Assembly (NCBI GenBank): GCA_025594325.1
Contig: JANHCV010000001.1
Coordinates: 2,170,001 to 2,234,000 of the forward strand
DNA from: Blastocladiella emersonii ATCC 22665
Lineage: Eukaryota > Fungi > Blastocladiomycota
DNA: 64,000 nt
Direction of reading: 5' to 3'
Made by a program: the position numbers and the translations under genes. Positions 1 to 11,089 of the stretch are shown here, one piece after another (the stretch's first letter is position 1; each line of letters begins with the position of its first letter). The notes below the pieces were generated by a model that was not told where the DNA came from, searched no databases, and saw nothing but the letters and a program-made list of their open reading frames with translations.

Positions 1-108
1 CGGTCGGATACGGTGGCGCTTGCCTCTTCGCGTGGACGAGAGAGGAGTATAAGAGGCGGTGAGCCCATGGGCGCCGGCCTCGCTCTCCCCAATCGAGGCC
101 GTCAAACC

Positions 109-1905
109 ATGTATCGCCCGCCGTCCAGCAACAACTACCGCGGCCGCGGCGCTCGCGGCGGCTACCACGGCTATCACTCGTCCTCGTCGCGCCCGGACTG
201 GGAGTCGCCGCCGTTCATGGGCTCGCTCGCGGGGCGCCTGATCGGGCCCAGGGCCGCGCATGTCCGCGCGGTGCAGGACAAGTTCCCGGGTGTACACATC
301 ATGATCGAGCCGCTTCCCGGACCGTCCGTGATCAAGGGCGACAGTGGCGCCGACATCGAGCACCCGCACGTCGTGCGCATCTATGCTCGGCCGGCCGCGC
401 TCGGGTCCGTGGACCGCGCCAAGCGCATCTTTGAGGCCTTCCTCAACCAGGTCAACACGGCGTTCCCGCCCAAGATGCGCGTCTTCCTGGCGGTGCCCAG
501 CGGCAAGTCCGAGCTGCAGTGGGACCTGATCCACGACAGCGACCACATTGTCGGCGCCATCGACACGCCGCCGCCGTACTACCGCGCCGTGCCCGCCGAC
601 CCGCACTGCCTCCCGCTGGCGACAGTCCCCATTTCGGACGTCGACCAGCTCGCCTTTGGGATGGCCAACCTGTCGACGCACCGCTTCGCTCGCCACCACC
701 AGCCCATCGTCGTGCTCGACGACGGCACGCGCCGCAGCATCGCCACCACGCTGGCCAAGCGGCGGTCCGAGCTCCTCGCGTGGGCCGCGGCTCGTGTCCC
801 GGCGGACTGCCCGACCGAGACGGTCGTCAAGCTCAAGGCGTCGCTCGGCGACCTCGTTTTCTCGCGTGTGCGCATGCTGGGCCGGATGCGGGTCGCGGCA
901 CCCGACCCGCTCGCTCCACTGGGCGGGCCGGCGTACAAGTTCTCGGTCACCGAGCTGTCCGAGGCGCTCGAGGAGAAGAAGGTCAAGTCGGCGTTCAACG
1001 TCGACATGCCCGCCGCCGCCACGGCGGCCGTGTCGAGCGTGCTCAAGCGCCCCTCGCTCGGCTTCGACTGCACGTCGGACGGCAAGGTCAAGCTGATCGC
1101 CAAGTTCCGCCTGCTCAGCGGCGACGCGAACGAGCTGTCGGCGGTGCCTGAACCGTACGCCGTGCAGCGCGAGTACCGCGCCGGGTACCTGTATGAGCCC
1201 GCGACGGACGCGCACCCGGCGCGCATCGTCGTGGATGGCGTGCGGCTCGAGCTGTTGCCCGTCGACAAGTACTCGGTGGTGACGCCCGGCGAGATCGGGT
1301 TCCGCGTGCGCCAGACGGTCCAGGTGTGGGACTCGTCGACGGCTGACGGCAGCGTGCACCCGGACGCGCTCGTGGTCGCACGCCGCGTCCGCGAGTACCT
1401 GACCGACAACATGGCCGTGATTGCCCAGCTCGCCGACCAGGCGCGCGGCGACGCGGGCACCTGTGCGGCCGCGACCAAGGCGACGGCCAAGGCGATGGCG
1501 GACCTGACGTTCCCCGCGCTCGACGAGGCACTCATGGCGAGCTGCTTCTCCATGGCAATCCGCCTCAAGGTCGTCTCGCGCTACATCCGCGGCGCGACGG
1601 CGGTCTCGGTGACGCGCGTGACGACGGCCGTGTCGCAGTACCACCGCAAGTGCCCCGCGCACCTCCAGCAGACGCGCACCGAGGTCAAGGATGGCACCGG
1701 CCGCTTCCTGCTGCACCACAAGCCGCCGCCCGTCAACACGCAGATCACGGCGCGCCATCTCGGGTACCACGACCTGCCCAGTGCCGGGACCAACACGTCC
1801 GACGCCGAGGACGCGATCGCCGGATTCATGCGCTTCCTCGAGCTTCTGGCCGCGCAGGCGACCAAGGCTATGGCCGCGGACGGGTCGTTCTACCCCGCTG
1901 CTTGA
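109..1905 (+). CDS. KH-domain (type I) RNA-binding protein with RGG-rich N-terminus and an uncharacterised C-terminal region; intronless
   Basis: Open frame 13-1905. ATG at 109 sits in a caaaccATG context (alternative ATG at 67). RGRGARGG stretch, then a KH-like segment LAGRLIGPRAAHVRAVQDKFPGVHIMIE with a GxxG-type loop. GC3-rich codons. Confidence 0.7.
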   Translation: MYRPPSSNNYRGRGARGGYHGYHSSSSRPDWESPPFMGSLAGRLIGPRAAHVRAVQDKFPGVHIMIEPLPGPSVIKGDSGADIEHPHVVRIYARPAALGSVDRAKRIFEAFLNQVNTAFPPKMRVFLAVPSGKSELQWDLIHDSDHIVGAIDTPPPYYRAVPADPHCLPLATVPISDVDQLAFGMANLSTHRFARHHQPIVVLDDGTRRSIATTLAKRRSELLAWAAARVPADCPTETVVKLKASLGDLVFSRVRMLGRMRVAAPDPLAPLGGPAYKFSVTELSEALEEKKVKSAFNVDMPAAATAAVSSVLKRPSLGFDCTSDGKVKLIAKFRLLSGDANELSAVPEPYAVQREYRAGYLYEPATDAHPARIVVDGVRLELLPVDKYSVVTPGEIGFRVRQTVQVWDSSTADGSVHPDALVVARRVREYLTDNMAVIAQLADQARGDAGTCAAATKATAKAMADLTFPALDEALMASCFSMAIRLKVVSRYIRGATAVSVTRVTTAVSQYHRKCPAHLQQTRTEVKDGTGRFLLHHKPPPVNTQITARHLGYHDLPSAGTNTSDAEDAIAGFMRFLELLAAQATKAMAADGSFYPAA

Positions 1906-2147
1906 TTTTGTTTCATTGCATACACGTCTGTATTCGTCGATCACTCGCACACAGAGAGGGAGAGGGAGTGAAGCGAGGCCCCAGCGGTCGGGCGAGCGGC
2001 GGCGGCGTGGCGACGCCCATCCGCGTGGTTGGGCGTCGTAGCGTGGGCGTCGTCCCCGCGCTTTGCCACGCTGGCAAGACTCGCCCTCTCTCTGCTCGCT
2101 CTCTCTCTCCATTGAGGCACGAAATCAAACGCATCAACGAATCAACC

Positions 2148-2912
2148 ATGTCACGCAGCGTCGTCCAGTCCCGCCCGCACGCGTCGCGGCGCAAGGCCGC
2201 CGCCGAGGCCGCCGAGGCCGAGCGCACGGCGCGGCGCGAGCGCGAGGAGACACCCGAGGAGCGCGAGGCGCGGCTGGCCGCCTACGCCAAGGCCGACCGC
2301 ATCGCCAAGCGGTTCATCATCCCGGCCATCATCGCCATCCCGATCCTGCTCTTCGTCGCCCTCTACGCCAAGTACGGCAACGGCGGCGTCGCCGTCGCCA
2401 CGCCGCTGCGCAAGACCAAGACCAAGCCCGTCGCGGTGCCGACGACCAGCGAGAAGAAGCGCAAGGCTGGTAAGAAGGACAGCAGCGACAAGCCTGTCGA
2501 CCCCGAGTTCAAGAAGAGTGCCGAGAACGCTGTCCGCGCGGCCTTCGAGGCGGCCAAGCTGCAGAAGGCGGCGCAGGGCGGCGAGCCCGTTGACGGCGAC
2601 GACCTCGTCATCACCGAGGCGGACCCCGCGACCGAGCAGGCCGCGGCCGACGCGGCGGCGGGCGGCGACAAGACGGCCAAGCCCATGAACAACAAGCAGA
2701 CCGAGGAGCTCGCGCGCCTCATGCTCGAGCAGCTCGCGCGGTTCACGGGCAACGAGGAGATCAAGTTCACCTTCAACGACGAGGAGATCAAGGTCGGTGG
2801 CGGCAAGGCCGAGGCGGACGGCAACGCCGAGGCCGCGTCCGAGGACAGCGACGCGAGCGAAGCCAACGAGGCGGCTTCTGAGACCGACGATGGCGATGTG
2901 GACCTCGAGTAG
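2148..2912 (+). CDS. Hypothetical single-pass membrane protein (254 aa) with charged N-terminus and acidic C-terminus
   Basis: ATG at 2148 (tcaaccATG) to TAG at 2912. One hydrophobic segment, FIIPAIIAIPILLFVALY. Strong GC3 bias. Confidence 0.7.
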   Translation: MSRSVVQSRPHASRRKAAAEAAEAERTARREREETPEEREARLAAYAKADRIAKRFIIPAIIAIPILLFVALYAKYGNGGVAVATPLRKTKTKPVAVPTTSEKKRKAGKKDSSDKPVDPEFKKSAENAVRAAFEAAKLQKAAQGGEPVDGDDLVITEADPATEQAAADAAAGGDKTAKPMNNKQTEELARLMLEQLARFTGNEEIKFTFNDEEIKVGGGKAEADGNAEAASEDSDASEANEAASETDDGDVDLE

Positions 2913-3074
2913 ACTTATACAGACACATTTTCTCGTATGCGCGCACTATCATGTTCACGGAGATGTATCATGTGATGGTCGGAATGAGCTGCAGCGCGAC
3001 TCACACGCGGCCGCTCCTCGCTGCTCACTCCCAAAGCGAATCCCCGCCGTCACTGTATCACGCCAAACGACACC

Positions 3075-4589
3075 ATGCAGTCTGACCGGACGCGGGCCCC
3101 ACAGGCCGAGGCGCTCGACGCGCTGCACCGCTTCACCGCCGGTGGGACCGTCGACCCGCACATTGCGCTCGACGGCGTCTTCTACCAGCTCGAGAGCGCA
3201 GAGGCGACCAAGACGCAGCTCAGGGGCCGCATGAAGCAGCTGATCTCGGGCGGGGCCAGTGCGGCCGACAAGGAAGCCGTCAAGGCCGAGCTGAGCGCCG
3301 TCAGCGCGCAGGTCGACTCGCTGATTGCCGTCAAGTCGCGGCTCGAGGACATCATCCGGACCCAACCGCCCATGGCCGCACCCGCTGCGGCGCCCGCTGC
3401 TGGGCCGCCCGTCCCGATGCTCACCCCGCCCGAGACTGGCAGGGCCATCCTCCCGCGCGAGGTTCGTGCCGTCACGCGAATGATCGACGACAAGGCGCCG
3501 CGGCTCGTGCCCGACCGCGAGTCGAGCTCTTCGCTGCTCGCGACGAGCGACCCGGCCGAGTTCCTCGACATGCTGTCCGAGCTCGTCGCCCCGCACCCGC
3601 TGTACCAGATCCTCGGCTACATGCACGACCGGATACCCGAGGACCTGTACAAGATCGTCGAGGAGTACGCCGACACGCCCATGCCCGACGCGCAGGTCGC
3701 CATCATGTTCCTGACCGCGGCCAAGGACATGACGGCGGCGCTCGAGTGGGGCTCGGCGTGGTCGCTGCTCACCCCGACGCCCGGCTCGACCGTCTACCGG
3801 TTCCTCGCCACCTTCAAGGCCGCGCTCGCCCGCACCGGGTCGGTCGCCGAGCTCGAGGCGCTCCCGCACGTCCGTGCCACCTTCCTCGACAAGCTCGCGC
3901 CCTTCTCGCAGGCGCTGCGGAGCACGGCGGCGAGCATGACCTTTGCCGCGGGCGGCACGTGCACCAGCATGGTTGCCCACTGCCTCGGCGAGCGCTTCCC
4001 GCCCGCGCCCGGCACGTGCGCCTTCTGCTCGTGCATGCCGTACCTCGGGTACAAGGACGACAAGATCAAGCACGACCTCTCGCGCTGCGAGTACGTGCAG
4101 CGGTACCGCAAGTTCGCCGACGCGCTCTCGGACATTCTGCGCGCCGCCAAGGTGGACATCCCGCACGCCGACGCGACGGCGCCCTCGATCGAGGCCGCCG
4201 CGGCCGACATCATCAACAAGCTGGCCGTGGCGACGGGCATCACGCGCGGCGGCCCGGTGCGCCGCGCCACCGAGATCCTCGACGCGTATCTCGCCCTGCC
4301 GCACCACGTCCGCGAGCCGCACCTCGTGCGGTTCTGGCAGGAGCTCACGGGCAACGGGCCCCCGAGCTTGCCGCTGGCCTCCCCGTCCACGTCGTCGCTC
4401 CCGACCGCCGCCGACAGCCGCCCGCCCCGCTCGGCGCGCGGCCGGTCGCGGTCGCGGTCCCGGTCCCGTTCCCGCTCGCGTACCCGCGGCCGCTCGCCCC
4501 ACGACCGCAGCAGCCGCCGCCACCGTTCCCGGTCGCGGTCCCCGCCGCGCCGGCACCGGTCCCGCTCCCGCTCGCGCTCGCGGCGCTGA
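3075..4589 (+). CDS. Intronless 504-aa protein: coiled-coil, Gag-capsid-like helical region, CCHC-like knuckle and C-terminal RS-rich tail
   Basis: ATG 3075 (caccATG) to TGA 4589. Motifs AWSLLTPTPGSTVYRFLATFKAAL, C-x2-C-x14-H-x4-C (CAFC...HDLSRC) and RSRSRSRSRSR. The CDS is well supported; the Gag assignment is by eye. Confidence 0.65.
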   Translation: MQSDRTRAPQAEALDALHRFTAGGTVDPHIALDGVFYQLESAEATKTQLRGRMKQLISGGASAADKEAVKAELSAVSAQVDSLIAVKSRLEDIIRTQPPMAAPAAAPAAGPPVPMLTPPETGRAILPREVRAVTRMIDDKAPRLVPDRESSSSLLATSDPAEFLDMLSELVAPHPLYQILGYMHDRIPEDLYKIVEEYADTPMPDAQVAIMFLTAAKDMTAALEWGSAWSLLTPTPGSTVYRFLATFKAALARTGSVAELEALPHVRATFLDKLAPFSQALRSTAASMTFAAGGTCTSMVAHCLGERFPPAPGTCAFCSCMPYLGYKDDKIKHDLSRCEYVQRYRKFADALSDILRAAKVDIPHADATAPSIEAAAADIINKLAVATGITRGGPVRRATEILDAYLALPHHVREPHLVRFWQELTGNGPPSLPLASPSTSSLPTAADSRPPRSARGRSRSRSRSRSRSRTRGRSPHDRSSRRHRSRSRSPPRRHRSRSRSRSRR

Positions 4590-4639
4590 GGTTTTTGTTG
4601 TCCGTTTCGGTTCATATCTTGTGAATATACGTTTATCCT

Positions 4640-6525
4640 CTACGCATGCGCGCTCTCGGGACTGCCCTGTCCCGACGACCTCCACAGCACGATCGCCACA
4701 ACGACGACACACAGCGAGACGCACAGCGAGCCGCGCCACCACCACCTCGAGACCCGCGCGGCTAGGGGCGTGGATCGTGGCGGCTCGTACTCGAGCTTGG
4801 TGGGCAGCAAGCTCTCGGGCTCCGTTCGTCGCGGGTGCGACTGCGGAGGCGGCAGCAGCACAGCGCCTGCGTCCTCGGACCCGCCCGCTTCGAGGTCCAT
4901 CTCGCCGCCGTCCTCCTCGGGGATCACGGCCGTGCCGCCGCCCGGCCCGCCACCGAGCCGCGCCGCGAAACCTTGCAGCGCCGTCCCGCGCCGCGACCGC
5001 ACGGTGCCGCAGTCGCTTGGACAAATCGGCCCGTCGCCGAGCGCCGTGCTCCCGCCGCCACCACCGCCAAACGACGACGTGATCGAGTCGAGGAGCCGGC
5101 GCATGCTTCCACCAAACCCACCGTCGCCACCACCGCCTCCCGCGTCGTTCCCGCCGAGGAGCCGGTGGCCTGCCATCTTGCCTGCGAACCCGTCGAGCCA
5201 CGACGTTGGCGCGAGTCCCATCCCTCCCGCGGGCCCGCCGCCGCCGTTGCGCAGGAGCGTGCTGTCGACACTGTGCGCGCGGACGCGGGACCGCGCGACG
5301 GGCATGGTCGGGAGCGGGAGCAGCGGGCGCGCAGCGCCGCGCGTCGACTCGGACCGGCTGCGCGCCGAAGGTGGAGGTGCGAGTGCGGGGTGGACGCGCG
5401 AGCGGCCGCGGGTGGGCTCGCCCCCGTCCTCCTCCTCGTTGTCCTCGCCGAGGGCGTGCGTCGGTACGGCGGCCACCGGACCCATGTCACACGCGACGGC
5501 GTGCGCGAGCGACGGGAGCCGGGTACCGCGAGCCCACGGCGTGTCCTCGAGGACGCCGATATCCGCGCGGTGGGCGGGGTTCCTCGCGAACGCGCGGCGC
5601 AGGAACATGACGAGTTCGGGCGAGAAGGCCGCGGGCAGCCGCGGGTTGGCCGCCCACACGGCGCGGCGGAGCGTCGCGAGGTCCTTGCCGTCGAACGGCA
5701 GCGTCGCGGTCGCCATCCCGTACACGACGACGCCGAGGCTCCACACGTCGGCCTCGGGCCCGATGAATTCCCACCCGAAGTGGACCTCGGGCGCGGCGAA
5801 CGGCGGCGAGCCCGCAAACGACGCGAGCGCGCGACCCGCCGTGTACCGCGTGGCCAGCCCGAAATCGGCGAGCCGCACGGTCCCGTCGGCCGCGACTAGC
5901 ACGTTGTCGAGCTTGATGTCGCGGTGCACGATCCCGTGCGCGTGGAGGTGGCCGACGGCCGACAGGAGCTGGGTGGCGAGCTCGCGGACGCGCGGCTCGG
6001 GAAACGCGCCGTGGCGCGCCAGGGCGACGTGCAGGTCGCCCCGCGGCACGTACTCCATGCACAGGTGCGTCGCGGCCGCGTCGTCGACGGCCTCGTACAC
6101 GGCGATGATGTTCGGGTGCCGCGCCGCGTGCTGCAGACTCAGCAGCAGGTCGCACTCGGCCGTGAAGTTGCTCACGGACGAGGCGCGCGGGCGGCGGCGC
6201 AGCTTGTCGAGCGACTTGATGGCTACCTGGTGTGGTGCGACGTGAGTGTGGGGAGGGATCAGGTGAGGATCAGCGGGCTGCGAACCTGCGTCCCGGATGC
6301 TGCATGGCTGGCGAGGTACACGATGCCGAAGCTGCCGCGGCCGATGATCCGCTGGATCGTGTAGCCCGGGATCTCGGGGTGCTTGCTCGAGATCACATCT
6401 GGCGGCGGGACGAGGGTCGCTTTCTCTGACCCTGCCAGATCAAGAGATACATCATGTGCTTCATGCTCGGTGCTAGCCCGCGGTCGGGCGAATGTATCGA
6501 GATGCTCCGGTGGCGGTGTCCCCAT
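4640..6525 (-). CDS. Ser/Thr protein kinase, CAMK group (SNF1/MARK-like), 2 exons (6525-6286, 6226-4640), ~608 aa
   Basis: Motifs GRGSFGIV, VAIK, HRDIKLDN, DFG and APE. A 59-nt GT-AG intron at 6227-6285 joins subdomains I and II in phase 0. An alternative in-frame ATG lies at 6540. Confidence 0.9.
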
Positions 6526-6902
6526 CGACGATGATATCATGGCGTCGGGGAAGTGCCTACACCCGACGGGAGCACGGTTCGGATCAAGGGGTAGAGGAAC
6601 AGGAGGTGGGGCCGGACGATCACAAAGACACCAACCCGATCAGAGGCCGGCGGGGCGGCGCGCGCGTCCATGCTGCGGCAGGCGAGCCGAATGCAGTAGG
6701 TGGCCCGCTGCGATACATGGTCCGTCCGATCAACAGCCCGTGGGTGCCGAGCGTCTCGCACTGGAGCGCGTGGGCTCCGAGCCGGGACGTGTGGCGCAAC
6801 GCGTCTCGCGCCGCTCACGTGGGCCGTGCGAGACACTTTTAGTCGCGTTTCCACTTCAAGTCACAACGGGAGAGTTATCCAGGAACAAACAGATAGTTGC
6901 AT

Positions 6903-9900
6903 TCACGCCGCTCCGTTACCCGACGCCGTCCGCGCGGTTGCCTCCACGAGCTGCGGCTCGCGCTTCTGCGCAATCATGTAGAACTCGTTGAAGTTGAGGC
7001 GGGCCGCGAGGTTGCGCAGGCTGTCGTTCGGGTGCGACGCCAGCTCGCCAAGGATCTCGCCCAGAGTCATCTAGAGCAAGAAGGGTGCGAGCGGTTAGCG
7101 ACGGGTTGCGGGAGGTGACATGGGTTCCGAAACGCACCTTGAACGAGTCGCCCGCGGTCTTGAACTGGGTCTCAATCTCCTCGAGCGAGCGGACCGGGCG
7201 GCGGAACTGCGCGTTCTGCGCGCTCGTGAACTCGCCGCTGGGCATGGCCGTGGCCATGGGGTCGTGGTCGAGGTCGAGGTCCCACGCCTGGCGGTGGCGC
7301 GTGCGCGCGGCGGCCGTGTGCGCCTCGAGCTCGGCCTGCGCGTAGTCGATGAGCCGGTCGCGCGCGGCCTGGACCTGGTGCACGGCGAAGAAGATGCGGG
7401 TGAACCGCTCGAAGAAGTTGCTGCCGGTCTCGGCGTTTCCCGCGATCAGGCACCCGACGGCAATGTTGTTGAGGTACCGGTGGTGCGCGCGGATGATGAG
7501 CTCCATGTCGAGCCCGTCCTTCTCGAGCTCGGCGACCAGCTTAACCCACAAGGTCTCCATGACCTCGGACACGAGGTACGACTGCAGCTCGGCGATGAAG
7601 TGGATCATCTCGGACCACCGGATGTGCAGGCGGTTCAGCGCGCCGAGAACCGCGGGCAGGTGCGCGTACCGGCGCGCCTCGCGGTGGTGCTCGCGCCACC
7701 CACGGTTGAGCACGCGCTCGGCCCGCTTGAGCCGCCACAGGAAGTTGAACACGCGCAGGTAGAACTCGAGCGACTCGCGCGTGATCACCGTGTTGAGCGG
7801 CGCGTCGAGGTGGTAGTCGAGCGAGAACACGTCCCACCCAATGTCGCCCGCGCTCGGGTTCCACGTGCGCGTGTCGAGCCGGTTCAGAATGTCCTTGTCC
7901 TCGTACTGCGCGCTCGACGACCGGATCGCCAGCTCGAGCCCGCTCGTCAGCGTGTGCCGCTGTAGCATGCTGGCCGGCTTGCTGAGCGTTGGACTAGACG
8001 GGACGCGCGCGCGGAGTCAGTTTGGGCTACGCACGCACACACGCAAGATCAAAGAGAAGCTGTACTCGAGTGTCTCCATGAGCACCTGGATAAAGTCGCC
8101 CTGGCCCATCAGGAGGTACCGCTTGAGGGCGAGCAGGTGTTCCTTAAGCTTGAACTCGCCGTACAGCCGCTGCACGAGCCGGTCGCTCGTGACCTTGAAC
8201 GCGGCGTCGATCGACTGCTCGAACAGGTACAGGTCGCCGTACTCGAGCCCGACCGCCTGCTGCCCGAGCCGCGAGCGCATGGCGACCCACGCGTGGTCCT
8301 TGGCGTGGAACCGGAGGAAGTTGAGCGACTTGCCAATCAGGAGGATCTTCTTGGGCAGCGGGCGCTCGATGAGCCCGGGGACCATGTCGTTGTCCTTGAC
8401 GTACTTGTAGTCCCACCACTTGTCGTCGGACACGTGCTGCTGGGCGCGGACGAAGAACTCGTTGTACGGGTCGACGAGCTCCCCCTCGTACACCCACCGG
8501 CGGATCATGGCGAAGAAGGGCACGCACATGGCCTTGAGCAGCTGCTGGACAAACGACTGCAGCGCGAGATCGCCGTGGTGCGCGAACATGTGCACGTGGT
8601 TCACGAGCTGGCCACCCGCGACGTTGTGCGCCTGGATCCCGGCGATGATGGCGACCATGAGCCGCAGCCGCTGCGTCGGCTCAGTGCTCCACAGCCAGAG
8701 CCGGCGCAGCGTCATCTCGCCGCGCGCCGCCGCGGCCTCGAGCACCGCGAGGAGACGGAAAAAGTGCGCGAGCTCGCTCTCCACCGCGCTGCACAGCGAC
8801 TGCCGCACGAGACCGGTCGACGGGTTGTCGCGCTCCGACTTGAGGAAGGCGGCGACGGTGCGGTAGTGGAACCCGATCTCGGACAGACGGAGCACCAGGT
8901 CGCGCGTCGGCCGCGGGATCCCGACCGAGGGGTCGATGACGTACTCGTTGCGCGCAGCGTCCCACTTGATGAGGCGGCCGTCGATGCCCTGGAACACGAA
9001 CAGCAGGTCCTTGATGATCATGGCTTCGGGGATCTGGTACGAGTCTACGGGTGCGAACGCGAGAGTGTCAACGGCGGCCAGCGTGGAGCGGAGCAGCGAG
9101 GCGTACGGTTTTCGGACTCGAGATACGTCTCGAAGCCCGTCCGGTCGCCCGGGAGGAAGGTCTTGGACGCGGTGCGGTTACGTCGCGACGGCGAGCCCGT
9201 GGGCGTGGGCGAGTCGCGCAGCAGCGAGTTGGCAGACGCGTTGTTGCTCGGGAGCGGCAGCCGCGCCGACGACAGGTTGAGGGTCGCGAGCGAGGGCAGC
9301 TGCGAGAGGGTCGCCACCGAGAGCCCGATCTGAACGTAGCACGAGTCGCACAGTTATGCTTCAGGATCACATGCCTGGTTTTCGAAAGCGGAAGAAAGCG
9401 CACCGCCGAGTCGTCCGAGTGGGCGACGTGCACGCTCACGGCCTGCAGGAAGTGGAGAATGGCCCAGCGACGGTTCAGCAGAGTCTATAAGGTGGGTGAT
9501 CAACATGGTGAGCTTGCATCGCAAAGGATGGCAATCAAGTAGGCCGTACCGAGTGCGAGAGCCGTTGGCTGAGGTTGATGAAGCGAAGCGCGGCCTCGGT
9601 CGAGTGCTGTGTGCGAACCACTACGCGTTGACGACACCTAGTTAGTTAGGAACCCGCGCTCGGAGGATCGGAGTGAGCGTACAGTGCTTCTTAATGCTGT
9701 CCTCGATCACGACCTCGCTCTGCGACGCTGGTGGCGCCATGCGACTGCATACATGGAATGTCGAACCGTTCGTGAGCACGCTAATCGAGCCGAAATTCCA
9801 TCGAACGAGGCAGACGGACCTCGAGAGGATCTGCATGCATCGTCTCCGCATACGGGGCAGGGTCGGGTCCACGATTGCCGCCGTCTGCTGCTGCTGCCGA

Positions 9901-10097
9901 AGCGCTTCCTGCTGCCGGTGGTAAGCTGCCAGTCCATCGCCGCCCGCATACATGCTGGCGCTGCCCGTCGTGTTGAAGACGCCCGACTGGAACGCCGAGT
10001 CCTGCGAAGCCGGCAGGTGCGGGATCTGGGCCCGGACGAGCGCGTCGACGAGGCGGACGATCTGCGCGCTCACGGGATCTTCTTGAGATGTTTGCAT
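6903..10097 (-). CDS. SPC98: Gamma-tubulin complex component 3 (Spc98/GCP3), multi-exon
   Basis: GCP3-type motifs IIKDLLFVFQGIDG, GLVRQSLCSAV, LLALKRYLLMGQGDF and GWDVFSLDY. GT-AG introns include 9745-9819, 9638-9682 and 7071-7137. The last exon, ...LRNLAARLNFNEFY..., ends at TGA 6903. Confidence 0.92.
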
Positions 10098-10296
10098 GGT
10101 GTTACAGAGAATTCATGGACGGCGTGAAGCCGGGCAAGAGAGGGGACGACGATGGAGGGGCGCGACGGCTGTGAGCCGTGCCGACTGCGCCGGCCGAGGA
10201 GAAGTCGCGCGCTCCGCCACTCGCCTCTGTCTCGCTCCTCTCACCAAAGACGCGATCGGCGCACACGAAGCTAGCAACTTGTCGAATCGCCGAGCC

Positions 10297-11027
10297 ATGA
10301 CGCAGTTCCCTGCCTATGCCGAGTCGGCGTTCGCCAAGGACCACAGTACGCGACGCGGCGTCGGCGTTGACGCGACGTGACCCGGCCCGGCCTGACCGCG
10401 CCCGCTGGCGTAGAGCGCTTCTCGCACGTCTCCAAGTACGCGCTGAACGACTACCGGCACACGGTCGAGGACAGCATTCGCGATGTACGCGTCGTCCGCG
10501 TGCTGCTGAGACACGGCATCCCCCAGACTCACGCCGCGCGCCGGTAGATCCTCGAAAAGGACTTTGGCTTCTCCATCTCCTACTTCTGGACCGACCTGCG
10601 CATGTTCTTCGGCTACGCGGCAGCGGTCGTCGGCCTCGGCGGCGCCCTGTACGGGCACTTGAACGGGTTCGCACAGACGCGCGAGATCGTGGCGGCGAGC
10701 GTGCTGGCGTACTTTGCGCTGAGTACGCTCATGACCGTAATCGCCATGGTCTTTGAGGGCGCCAAGCTCGCGTCGGCGACGTACCGCGACCCGCTCGGCC
10801 GTGAGGCGCCGTTCAAGGTGGACGTGACGACCTACGTCGACGACGCCACGGGCCACAACCTCGTGGTCGAGCTCGAGGCGTCGCAGGGCGCGCGCAAGGG
10901 CGTCGTGCGCACGGCGCGGTCGTTTGGCCAGTACTTTGCCGAGTCGGGCCGCCTCGCCGCGAGCGAGGTGTACGAGGACATGGCCGAGTGGATCACGGAG
11001 CTCAAGAGCCAGCTGAGCAACGAGTAG
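10297..11027 (+). CDS. SPC2: Signal peptidase complex subunit 2 (SPC25/SPCS2 family), 3 exons
   Basis: Splicing two GTACGC...TAG introns gives ...KYALNDYRHTVEDSIRD/ILEKDFGFSISYFWTDLRMFFGY..., followed by two TM segments. The C-terminus is RSFGQYFAESG. Confidence 0.8.
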
Positions 11028-11089
11028 GCTGGCTCCCCGGGGTCCGCGCGTGGCAATATAAATGTACAAGTGTCGCATATATGCATCCG

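Noticed and set aside
2955-5201. 748-aa minus-strand ORF, plus similar long overlapping ORFs (e.g. 16018-18072 -, 4770-6245 +, 8137-9333 +)
   Set aside because: Arg/Gly/Ala-rich antisense shadows of real genes on the opposite strand, expected at this GC content.
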